From Malacoraja senta (taxonomy: Eukaryota): DNA of 64,000 nt. Of the stretch, positions 32,601 through 42,084 are shown in pieces; the stretch's first letter is position 1, and each line of letters begins with the position of its first letter. The notes under the pieces are model-generated. The model was given only the letters and a program-made list of their open reading frames with translations, was not told the origin of the DNA and ran no database searches. The position numbers and the translations under genes are program-made. Location: positions 9,796,001 to 9,860,000 of the forward strand of contig CM075985.1 of NCBI GenBank assembly GCA_038087875.1, in the 5' to 3' direction.

Positions 32601-35600
32601 CTTTCTAAAACAAGCTTTGATCTGTTTGAAGTGCAGCTTTCAAACAATAGTGAACCTGCTGACAATTGAACACTTTCTATTCTATTGCATACTCTGCACC
32701 TGTGATCTGAAGCAAAACTGTATACATCCAGCCTCACATCCTTGCTTTCAAACCTTCATTAGTAACAGATGATACAAATTTGAGCCAATTTCCAAAGCAT
32801 TCAGAGAGATCAAGTGCAAAGAAAATTGTTAAAATCTGACTATAGTCAAATCAAGTAGACCAGTAACTTCCAAAATTAAATAAAATAAATATTTTCAAAG
32901 GGGAACACAAGAAAGGCCAGGGGAATGGTACTAATTGGTGACTACTTCAAAGAGCCAGCATATTCGATGGAGCATTCTGTGCCTATTTAATGCTAAACAA
33001 CTACTATTCCCATATAGGGACCTATTTTGCTACTTTGCTGGGTAGTTGTGTCAGTCTCAACTGTCAGTCTCAACTGGAGTAAACTTTTACCTACCGATGC
33101 TCTGTCAACCATGTAGATGAGGCCATCACCATCCTTATCATGAGCCTGCAACCTGAAGAGAATCTCGCCAATAGGTGTCAGCTGTCAGAGGTGGAAGGAG
33201 GAGCAAAAAACAGTTTAAAGATGATGTCAAAGCTTTGGGAAATTGAAATGAAATTGAAACTCCTTTTTAAGGAGTAGTTATTCCAAAGTGAAACTTGATG
33301 CCATAGGCTTGAAAGATAAAAAACATAAATATAAATAGAAAATACTGGAAATATTCAGCAGACTTTGAAGTATTAACTCTATTTCTCTTCCCAAATATTT
33401 GGCCTGCTGAATATTTCCAGCAAATTTATGGTTTTATTTTAGATTTCCAGCATTTGTAATTTTCTTTTGATTTCAAAGATAAACTAGACCAAGTGCAGAC
33501 CCGTTGGGTCTGTTCCCCAACGCGCTGCGGCGTCACACTAACCACCCGTTGGGTCTGTTCCTCCAAAGCACGGTTGCGGGGTGGGAATCTTGCACCCACA
33601 AACACACTTACTCATCACACCCCTTGATATTATCTAAATTTTATTAATTGGCTTCTTTTATCCCATCTCCACCCTATCCACTGACGAATAGCCCTCACCT
33701 CTCAGGTGCGTCTAGGGGGGGGGGGCAGAGAGAGAAAATGTAATGTTAGAAAAAACATATTTGGGGAGGAGGAGGGTGGAGAGGAAGGGGGGAGAGGAAG
33801 GAGAGGATGGGGGAGAGAGGTGAAGGGGGGAGGTTGGAGCGGGAGTGCATGAGTTGAGCCGCGGGCTGTGAAGAGAGAAGGGCAGAGAGAGAGAGAGAGA
33901 GGGGAGAGACAGAGACTGGTACACAAAAAAAATCTGGAGAAACTCAGCGGGTGCAGCAGCATCTATGGAGCGAAGGAAATAGGCAACGCTTTGGGCCAAA
34001 ACCCATCTTCCGACGTGTTTTGTCCCAAACGTTGCCTAGCGCTATATAAATAAAATGTATTATTATTATTATTATTTCCTTCGATCCATAGATGCTGCTG
34101 CACCCGCCTAGTTTCTCCAGGTTTTTTTTGTGTACCAGTCTCTGTCTCTCCCTCTCTCTCTCTCTCTCTCTGCCCTTCTCTCTTTTTGTGTACCTTCGAT
34201 TTTCCAGCATCTGCAGTTCCTTCTTAAAGACAGAGAGACTGTTGGTGGGCTGTTTCCCCAATGCGCGTTTGTGGGGGGGGGGGCTGTGGCATCACACTCA
34301 CACTAACCACCCCCCAAACACACAGGCGGGGGGGGGGGAGAGGGAGACGGGGTGGGGAGAGAAGAGGGGAGGGGGCGGGAGAGGGAGATGGGGTGGGGGA
34401 GAAGAGGGGAGGGAGGGGAGGGGGGGGAGGGAGGGGTGAGGGGGAGGAGGAAATGGGAGAGATTGGGGAGGGAGAGGAGAGCAGGGAGGGGGAGGAGAGT
34501 GGGGAGTGGGAGGAGAGCGGGGATGGCAGGAAGGGGGAGGTGTAGGGGGGTGGGAGAGGGGGGTGGGAGAGGGGGGAGGGGATGTTAGAGGTGGAGAGGG
34601 GATGAGGGGGAGGGGAGAGAGGAGTAGGGGGAAGAGAGGGGGAAGAGAGGGGGAGAGAGAGGGAGGGGGAGAGAGAGGGAGGGGGAGGGAGAGACGAAGA
34701 GTGGGGAGTGAGGGGGAGAGGGGTAGCAGGGAGTGGTGCAAGAGAGAGGGGGGGGGAGATGGGGAGAGAGGGGTGGGGGAGGAGAGAGGGATGGGGAGGG
34801 GGAGAGAGGTGTGAAGGAGGAGAGGAGGGAGATGGGGTAGGGGGGTGGGGGAGAGGGTAGGGGGGGTGGGGGAGAGGGTAGGGGGGTGGGGGAGAGGGAA
34901 GGGGGGTGGGGTAAGAGAGGGATAGGGGTGGGGGTAGGGGAGGGATGGGGAAGAGTGTGGAGGGAGAGGGAAGGGAGCAGGGAGAGAGAGGGGTGGGGGA
35001 GGGAGATGGGGAAGAGTGTGGAGGGAGGGGTAGGGGGAAGAGAGGGGGAAGAGTGGGGAGGGAGAGGGAAGGGAGGGGGGAGAGGGGTGGGGGTGGGGGA
35101 GGGAGATGGGGAGGGGTTGGGAAGATGTGGGAAGAATGGGGAGGGAGGGGGAGAGGTGTAGGGGGAGTGGTGGAAGTGGGAGAGAGGGAGGGGGAGATGG
35201 GTAGGGGGAGTGGTGGAAGAGGGACAGCGGGGAAGGGGGGCGGGGGGAGAGAGGGAAGGGGGTGGGGTAGAGAGGGAAGGGGGATGGAGAGAGAGGGGAT
35301 GAGGGAGAGGGGTGAGGAGAGGGGGGTGGAGAGAGGGATGGAGAGAGGGATGTGGAGAGGGGTGGGGGAGGTGAGGGAGAGGGGAGGGGGAGAGAGGTGT
35401 GGGAGGGGGAGGCGAGGAGGGAGATGGGGTAGGGGGATGGGGGGGAGAAAGAGGGGGTGGGGGGAGGGGGGAGGGGGGAGGGGGGGAGGGGAGGAGGGAG
35501 ATGGGGTAGGGGAGAGTGGGGGAGAAGTGGGATGGAGTGGGGTGGTGGAGGGAGGGGGTGGAGGGAGGGGTGGTGGAGGGAGGGGTGGTGGGAGGGAGGG

Positions 35601-38600
35601 GTGGTGTGGGAGAGGGAGGGGTGGGGGAGAGGGATGGGGTGAGGGGAGGAGAGGGAGGGGGAGGAGAGAAGGGGTGGGGGTGGGGAGGAGAGAGATGGGG
35701 GGTAGGGGAGGGAGGGGTAGGAGTGTGAAGGCGGGGGAGAGGGATGGGGGGAGAGGGGAAATATTGGGGAGGGAAGTCGTCTTTCTTCCCTACCCCAGCA
35801 TCTCCCCACTCACCCCCTTCCCCAGGCTGCGGTGTGGGGCAGAGGGGCTGGGGCTGGGGCTGCTGCAAAGGCATATGTAAATAGATCCATTCCGATTGGA
35901 CATCTGTGAGCATTGGGCATTGTGACATCACACACGGAACCTTCACTAACATTCTATGGCTGAGATTTGAAATTTTGGGTGTGGGGGGGAGAAGGATTTT
36001 ATTTTTTAAAGTGTACATAAACACGACAACATTTAATCAGGAGTGGCGATTCGTAAAGGAAAATGAAATCTCTACCGAAATGGGGAAAAATCTCGGCGTT
36101 TCTGCGTGCGGTGTTGGCGTAGCGCGGTATCAAAGGGGCTGGCTGGCACAGATATGCATTTATGTACTGTCTTTCACAACCCCAGGGATTTCCAAGTGCA
36201 TTGGAGCCAAAAAATACTTTTTGAAACATATTCATTTGTAATGTTGGAAATATAGTGTGCAATGTGATAATGGCCAGATTATTTCATGTACTTTCATTGA
36301 GAGATCAATATTGGCCATGACACCAGGGAAAACTCTCTCACCCCACTTCTAATATTGCTGCTGCATCTTTTACATCCAGCTGAGTAGCTGAACAAATCTT
36401 TAACTTTTACCTGAAAGTTGGCACTCCCTCAATGCTACACTAGAGAGTTAGACCAAACTGTGTTCTCAGTCTCTGAAGAGTGCCCTACAGCCCTCGCAGG
36501 TTGACAAATTAAAATAATGGTTCTTCTTCAAAAAACATATTGGTTATAGGATTTGGATACACATGAATTGTCTGTTGAAATTATGCAGTGCAATGGCTAC
36601 ATTTCAATACGTTTCAATACATTTCAATTAGCTATAAAGCACTTTGGGATGTTATGAAATTGTAAAGGCATGCTATAAATGCAAGTGCTTTCTTTTTTAA
36701 CGAACAATAAAACAGGTTTTATAAGACAGAAGGTCAGTTCCTCACCTCACTAATGTTGAGTGGTTGAACACTTTCTTTCTGGAAAACCGGTGAGTTATCA
36801 TTTTCGTTAAGGACTTGCACCATTAACCTGTGATGAATCTTCAAAAATATAGAAACATTTATTGATTCTATAAATAAAATACCAGCTTCAGAATGAATTT
36901 CACTGCTATTCTACCCATCTTCCCCTTTTCCTTTGTTCGAGTTGGGAGTTGATGGGATTGGAAACATCCTGCCTGATAAGGTGGTAGAAACAAATTTAAT
37001 TAATTATAAAAGAAAGTTGGACAGGTGATGAAAGAAGTAGCAGGTTTGTGGACAAAATGCAGACATGTGACACCAAGCAATATCGCCTGGCTAAGAACCA
37101 ATGTAGGCACCATTCCCTACTTCTGATCTGTAAGTTTTCACAATTGCAAGACACAAAGGTCAAGGTTGATTTAAAGAAAACGAGAGAAGATTAGGTCATG
37201 TTTTTTAATATCTACCTCATGTTTTAAAAGTTTGGGCATTAAAAGTGTGAGAAAGACTGACTAATGGAGCGAGGGAGGTTTGTAATGTAGTAAAGGGTAA
37301 GAAGTTACAAAAGGAGGAGGAGGAAAGTTGTAGAATGAAATACAGGAACAAGAGGAAGTAAGAAGTGCACTGGCAATGGAAACAACATGAAATCATACAC
37401 CTCAGAAGTTGGCCATTCAGCCCACTGTGGTTCATTGGAAGCTCTAACTAATCAACTGCATTTCACTAGTTTTCTCAGAAACTCTATCAATATTTTATTT
37501 TTAAATGCTTATCCAGTTCCTGTGTCCATTACACTTTCAGTCACTACATCCAGAATGTATTGACATTATGCATTAAAGAAACATTTCCTCTTTGAATTGA
37601 ATTTATTTGTCATTCAAAAAAAAATTTGAACAAAATGTCATTTCCATACAGTCATAACAATAAAAAGCAAACAAAACACAAAATTACATAAATTTAACAG
37701 AAACATCCATCACTGTGACTCTCCTCCAGGAAGGTAAAAACAAGTCTTATCTCTTCCTTGCTTCTTCTCCCAAAGAAGGAAGAGAGACAGACAGACTGCA
37801 GGCGAGTCGCAGCCGCAGGCGCAGCGTTTATCTAATTGTCCTATCTTTACAATAATATCTTTGGTTGCTTCAAGTGAACCCATATTCTGTATTCTCTAAG
37901 GCAGTCATGCCATCAATTTGTACTAATGGAGCTACTATCAATTCAGAGTGAAAGGAGTGCATTGCTGTCACAAGGGAAAGCAACTTCTGAGAAGTGAGAA
38001 AAAAAGGACCATATGCTGGGGACACTGAAATGAAAGATCAATCGGTGAAAGTCAGGAGACAATCCTTTATCCGAAGTGTAGTCAAAAAGCAAAACTCACC
38101 ACTGTCAGGAGTAGATAAAGTGCTCAACATAGGTGTATTTATGACACGAGAGAAAAGGGAAAATAACAGATGTTGCTTGAAAGAGATGTACACAGAGCAG
38201 AAAAGTTGATGTAGATTACTTGATCCTTATGGCAAGCAGATTCCCAGCACTTGAGTTTCGTACATCAGGTGTAGCAGAATTCGAATTAATGTGGAACATG
38301 TTAAACATTTCCACTAGGTTCCAATTAGGTTAATGTATTTAGAAATCGGTAACCAGTTTCTAGAACTTCACTATTTTCAACTAATCAATTAAGCATTGAT
38401 AGCTGTATTAAATGTCTATTTCGCAGCCAATAGTTACAGGTCTTAACTAGTATTATTGATACAGATCATCATTGGTTTGGAAGAAAGGGACATAAATTGT
38501 TCTTCTCATCTTGGTCAAATTAGAAAATGACAATCGTATTTTATAACTTAATCACACCACACCAATCACACCAAATCTCATACCAATTATTTTATTCAAA

Positions 38601-41446
38601 GCAACAGGCATAAATTCAGAAAAATAGACAGGTTTAATATAAGGTAGCAGACATCCATGTACCTGAGCTGAAGAAATAACATCAGTGCAGGTTATCGTGG
38701 CAAAGAGAAGAGGTGTGGTCAGTAGCTGTTAAAAGGAACATAACATGCTGAATATTAGGGTAAGAGGAGTATTCACATTCAGAAACCAACATATTCACTG
38801 TTCCAGAGGCTGTGAGTACAAATTGCTTGTGTCCCTTTCTCAAAATCATGACCAATGGTCCCTATCAGGGAGTTATGATGCCACTGAAGGTCAGACCTTG
38901 TGTAATCTCAGTTACATTGCTCACACAATATCTTTTAAGTTTATTTATTCATGAGATGTGGGCACTATCGGCAAGGCCACCATTTATTCCCCATTATTAA
39001 ATATTGTTGAGAAGGTCTGCCTACTTAAACTGTTGCAGTCCATGTGAACTACACTCAATACTTAACTGTGGTCAAGGAATTCATAGATTTCAATCCAATC
39101 ACATCGAAGGGGAAACAACAATACCAACAATGACACCTTTCTTTAACTGATCCATGTATTAGCTGCTATTGTGTAGTTCTAAGATTTTCTACCTTCACCA
39201 ATGATTTTCCTGCATAATTTGACTGGATCAGTTACTCTTAAAACTTCAAATCTCCCGTGCCGGGATTCCCAGGTCCTCCATCCATCCCCCATCTGTACCT
39301 CTCGATCCAAAGGTTTGGTTGGCAGCACATTTAACTTGATGATTTTCTCTTCCATTTGAAACCACTCTAAATCTGTTCCTGTTAAATTCAAGTGTATTTC
39401 TCCAGTGGATAGGTTGCCATTCACGGTGAGTCTTGCGATGAATGTTCCATCCGGACTATTCTCTTGAATATCCACAGAAAGATCATGCCCACCAGAGCAC
39501 AGATCACCTGGTGTAAAGGACAATAAATTCACAATTCACATTACAGCATTCAGCCATTTGATCCCTACCTGCTGGGAGAGATTAGTGGCCAGTGATAGGT
39601 GATGTGTTGTTGTCGATGATTTGAGTGGGCTTAATGGTCAGTGATTGGCATTGAATAGTGGGCAGTAACTGGAGGAGATTACCATTAGTCTTGCAATCCT
39701 TGATAAACTATTGTAACATTTGTGAGAATTACATAATGTGGAGATGAGTAAAAATGTGTCCCATCTTTACCAGGAAATCAATGATTAGTTTGCTGATTTG
39801 GGCAGACACTGGAAATTAATGGCTAATGAGTGAACTCATAATTTGACCAATGATCCTGGGGAAATTGCTGGCTGATGCAGACTGGTCAAAAGTAATTTCA
39901 CTAAAGATCTAGCATTGGGGGGAGAATTTCATATCTACATTGCACAACACCTTAAGAATATATTGATGCAATGTCAAAACTGCAAAGTTTATATTATTTC
40001 ATAAAGCAGGCTTGGTAACCCCAGAAGATAGAGAGTTCATTGATAGTCTATTTGAAATTCCAAGATTTTGAAAGAATTTGAAGGGTAGAGAGAAATAAAC
40101 ATTTCTGCTGGTGGAGGAGAGTTGGATAAGGGGACATAACCCTTAAATAAGATCCAGGTCATTCAAGAGAGAGGTCAGGAAACATTCCTTAATGAAGAGA
40201 TTGGTAGAAGAATGAAACTCAATGGCTGCTAAGCTTCATTAACTTTTCCAAATCTGAATGGACAGCTGTTAGCAAGACATATCTATTTAAGAAAATGTAA
40301 CAAAGGGCCATGATCTCAATGGGTGATGGAATGGTTCAATGGGTTAAAGGGGCTTCTCATAGTTCTGGGTTTTAGTTTCATCCCATTGGTCAGGGTAAGA
40401 TTTGAAGGTAGGTTAGCAAATAAAAGTCGTGCATTTTATGAGCTTGCCTCAACTTAAAATGTTCATCCTTATTCTCAAACAACTCCATAGCTTCAATCTT
40501 TGTTGCATTTGTAACATTAACTATCCCTCCAGAATTCAANNNNNNNNNNNNNNNNNNNNNNNNNNNNNNNNNNNNNNNNNNNNNNNNNNNNNNNNNNNNN
40601 NNNNNNNNNNNNNNNNNNNNNNNNNNNNNNNNNNNNNNNNNNNNNNNNNNNNNNNNNNNNNNNNNNNNNNNNNNNNNNNNNNNNNNNNNNNNNNNNNNNN
40701 NNNNNNNNNNNNNNNNNNNNNNNNNNNNNNNNNNNNNNNAAAAAAAAAAAAAAACAAAAAAAACAAACACCAACAAAACAAAAAACAACAAAAACAAAAA
40801 CCAAACAAAAAAAAACAACATTCAAATTTTCAATATAGATATTAAAAGTTGTCCCTTTTTTCTACTACAGGTGGAAAAGATTGTTGAATGTTTGAAAAAA
40901 AGGAGGGGATTTTCCCCCACAATCCTGGATAATGTTTATCCTTCAAACATCTTCACTGAACAGGAGATTTGGTCATGTTTTCATTGTTCATGTACATTAT
41001 TCTACACAAATTGATTGCTGTATTTTCAGCATTACAATAGAAAATACAATTCAATGGCTCAGGAGTTACAAAAGCCACATCTGTATACGCCAAGACAAGC
41101 CCTGTATTAATGCAGATCAAAACACAAAGTGCTGGAGGAGCTTCAGGCAGCATCTATGGAGGGAATGGACTGATGACATATTGGAAAGGTGCGACCCAAA
41201 ACATCACCTGTCCATTCCCTCCACAGATGCTTCCTAACCCGCTGAGTTCCTCCATCACTTTGTGTTTTGCTCAGGATTCCATCATCAACAGTTCCTCGTG
41301 ACTTCGTATAAATGCAGGTGATTTCTTCATTTATGTTCTTTTCTAAAACATTCTAAGTGAAGCAGAGAGTCTCTTTTACCTTCCATGAGGATCGATGCAA
41401 ACCTAGGAAACAATATGCCCATAATAAACATCCATAGCTTCAGCAT
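16027..41446 (-). CDS. CDHR5-like: Cadherin-related family member 5-like protein (4 EC repeats, TM, long cytoplasmic tail). 15 coding exons: 41446-41380, 39507-39299, 38725-38663, 36838-36746, 33181-33095, 31872-31763, 31548-31377, 29580-29490, 28870-28764, 27309-27109, 25365-25234, 25021-24943, 21196-21009, 18671-18651, 17679-16027 (3273 nt in total; two compensating indels in exons 6-7)
   Basis: All introns are GT..AG, and exon phases match once the two indels are corrected. Cadherin motifs: ENS..G, LDRE, NENDNSPVF, AHDKD, LDYE, DGDDQYPRFLPC..VCVNPIY (the FLPC...C loop is typical of the CDHR5 family), AEDGD, AIDQD. Hydrophobic N-terminus and one TM helix. Ortholog versus paralog of CDHR5 cannot be resolved without a phylogeny. 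Confidence 0.88.
18651..18671 (-). CDS. Cadherin 21-nt micro-exon (SLKWFQM)
   Basis: Long polypyrimidine tract plus cctcag acceptor, ATG|gtgagt donor, frame-preserving. Confidence 0.65.
21009..21196 (-). CDS. Cadherin exon 13, transmembrane helix (MGLMGGIMAILLLFLISALVLLI) plus basic stop-transfer segment
   Basis: 188 nt, phase 1-0; hydrophobic 23-mer followed by HRHRRHR; GTG|gtaaga donor. Confidence 0.9.
23040..24272 (+). mobile_element. CR1 LINE 3' half (RT C-terminus) interrupted by a Penelope fragment
   Basis: SKFADDTKLGG, QRDLGVLVH, PHLEYCVQFWSP, FFTQRVVNLWNSLP; typical CR1 tail. Confidence 0.95.
23251..23514 (-). mobile_element. Penelope 3' fragment nested in CR1, 10-bp TSD tctcaatggt
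   Basis: Homologous to 7068-7340; TSD at 23241-23250 and 23515-23524. Confidence 0.88.
24943..25021 (-). CDS. Cadherin exon 12 (LVGSDKESGDVVSTRVKVEILHSSQP)
   Basis: 79 nt, phase 0-1, ends EC4. Confidence 0.85.
25234..25365 (-). CDS. Cadherin exon 11 (GRNPNIVYTL...EKYMLQ)
   Basis: 132 nt, CAG|gtaagg donor, G.N..I.Y cadherin pattern. Confidence 0.88.
26008..26745 (-). mobile_element. L2-clade LINE 3' fragment with (ATT)n tail
   Basis: IHALVTSCIDYCNALL...IQNSAARII...HITPILTQLHWLPV..RINYKILLLTFKAL. Confidence 0.9.
27109..27309 (-). CDS. Cadherin exon 10 (ASQVDDPTKY...AIDQDFKN)
   Basis: 201 nt, phase 0-0, ccag / gtgagt sites. Confidence 0.9.
27540..27865 (+). mobile_element. Older CR1 3' fragment
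   Basis: QRMLGIWNELPDDVVEA.TITTFKIHLD; ttgggccgaagggcctgtttccatgctgta tail. Confidence 0.8.
28764..28870 (-). CDS. Cadherin exon 9 (GDDNGRFEVNNVTGAMMMRWPV...LTVM)
   Basis: G..G.F.I...TG cadherin pattern; 107 nt, phase 1-0. Confidence 0.9.
29490..29580 (-). CDS. Cadherin exon 8 (YHALLLSPGPLLAEDGDKGLQTQVAYSILT)
   Basis: PGP..AEDGD motif; 91 nt, phase 0-1. Confidence 0.9.
30970..31268 (+). mobile_element. tRNA-derived V-SINE-like element
   Basis: gggcggcatggtgacgcagcagtagagttgctgcc head; CR1-type tail gggctgaaggtct..tgctgtatctctaaac. Confidence 0.85.
31377..31548 (-). CDS. Cadherin exon 7 (EMNTEEKYNTTAKVTISVLDGDDQYPRFLPCK...EAKLP), one base extra
   Basis: 172 nt; reads through from the phase-0 acceptor only after removing one A near 31540-31542; CCA|gtaaga donor. 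Confidence 0.88.
31763..31872 (-). CDS. Cadherin exon 6 (KDAEFFKIDLPNSGNILL..RLDYESKKELDLMVYAM), one base short
   Basis: 110 nt between canonical sites; the LDYE motif is recovered only by adding 1 nt near 31814-31818. Confidence 0.88.
32415..32602. mobile_element. Penelope fold-back mini-element (two opposed terminal fragments), 16-bp TSD ttctaaaacaagcttt
   Basis: Arms at about 32472-32520 and 32552-32601 are near reverse complements; TSD at 32399-32414 and 32603-32618. Confidence 0.85.
33095..33181 (-). CDS. Cadherin exon 5 (LTPIGEILFRLQAHDKDGDGLIYMVDRAS)
   Basis: AxDxD motif; canonical splice sites; 87 nt. Confidence 0.9.
33481..36135 (+). mobile_element. Probable non-autonomous Helentron/HINE-like element with an expanded G/A-rich interior
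   Basis: Starts aaactagaccaagtg; repeated acccgttgggtctgttcc and cacactaaccacc units; low-complexity interior; unique 3' block at 35870-36135. The family assignment comes from recalled resemblance only. Confidence 0.4.
34325..35760 (+). repeat. Low-complexity G/A-rich tract of about 1.4 kb
   Basis: Almost no C on the plus strand; dense G3-G8 runs. Confidence 0.97.
36746..36838 (-). CDS. Cadherin exon 4 (IHHRLMVQVLNENDNSPVFQKESVQPLNISE)
   Basis: NENDNxP calcium linker; GAG|gtgagg donor; 93 nt. Confidence 0.92.
38663..38725 (-). CDS. Cadherin exon 3 (LLTTPLLFATITCTDVISSAQ)
   Basis: ttttaacag acceptor, CAG|gtacat donor, 63 nt, phase 0-0; supplies a Cys that could pair with the N-terminal EC1 Cys. 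Confidence 0.8.
39299..39507 (-). CDS. Cadherin exon 2 (EC1: DLCSGGHDLSVDIQENSPDG...PLDRE)
   Basis: ccag acceptor, GAG|gtacag donor, 209 nt, phase 1-0, LDRE motif. Confidence 0.92.
40540..40739. other. Assembly gap (200 N) followed by a low-complexity A/C-rich contig end
   Basis: Seen directly. Confidence 1.
41120..41300. mobile_element. Older Penelope fold-back mini-element
   Basis: aaacacaaagtgctggagga...tcctccatcactttgtgttt inverted arms. Confidence 0.75.
41380..41446 (-). CDS. Cadherin coding exon 1, signal peptide MLKLWMFIMGILFPRFASILME(G); the exon begins at 41551
   Basis: Polypyrimidine tract and CAG acceptor before 41551. Donor AG|gtaaaa in phase 1 matches the phase-1 start of the next exon across the assembly gap. 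Confidence 0.7.
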
Positions 41447-42084
41447 AGTGACCCAATCCAAGAGTTGGGGTTGGAAATGTGGCAGAGTATAGAGATCCTT
41501 TGTTGCTCTCTTCTCAGAATCACTGCCAAACCTGGCCACGCACACCTCAATCTGGAAAGAGAGAACAAAAAGAACAGTTTATTAAAATATTTCTGTGGGA
41601 TGAAGAAGGTGAAGCATATTTGGGGATGCCCAGAGGTGGTAGGTTTATCCCTAATTATCACAAGGAGACACTTTCAGAAGATGTATGTATTTTCTTACAG
41701 GCCAACAACAATGACTACAATTTGGAAGGTAGGATGTTTATGTCACATGTGTGATGACATCATTCATTGCATGACTTATTTAGATGCAAATGCATCACAG
41801 GCGATTTCCTGGTTGCTATGTGGCCTTCAATGACACTGCTAAATGTGTTAGCATCCTCCAGTTCACCTGTACGTGCACCAGCTCACTTTCTCAGTTTATT
41901 TTTGTTGTGGAGTCTCTTGGTGAGCTGATTTCACAGCCCCACCAAGTGTTCTAAGCAGAGAACAGTTTTGCAAGGGTATTTCCATTTTCTTAGGCACAAT
42001 GGTTTCACATCTTAATCCTACTACGAATGACACAGACAGAGAGGTCTAGCTTCGGAGGGAATTTGGGCAGACAGTAAAGACTGC

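Noticed and set aside
33091-33094. Alternative tandem donor (GTAG|GT) as a rescue of the exon-6 frameshift
   Set aside because: Adding 4 nt shifts the start of exon 6 into a frame with an early TGA.
34261-36024. Long Pro/Ser/Leu-rich (503 aa, 479 aa) and Gly/Arg/Glu-rich ORFs
   Set aside because: Artefacts of the low-complexity G/A tract, which lacks stop codons in several frames on both strands. They lie inside a cadherin intron.
40390-40845. ORFs spanning poly-X
   Set aside because: Produced by the N gap.
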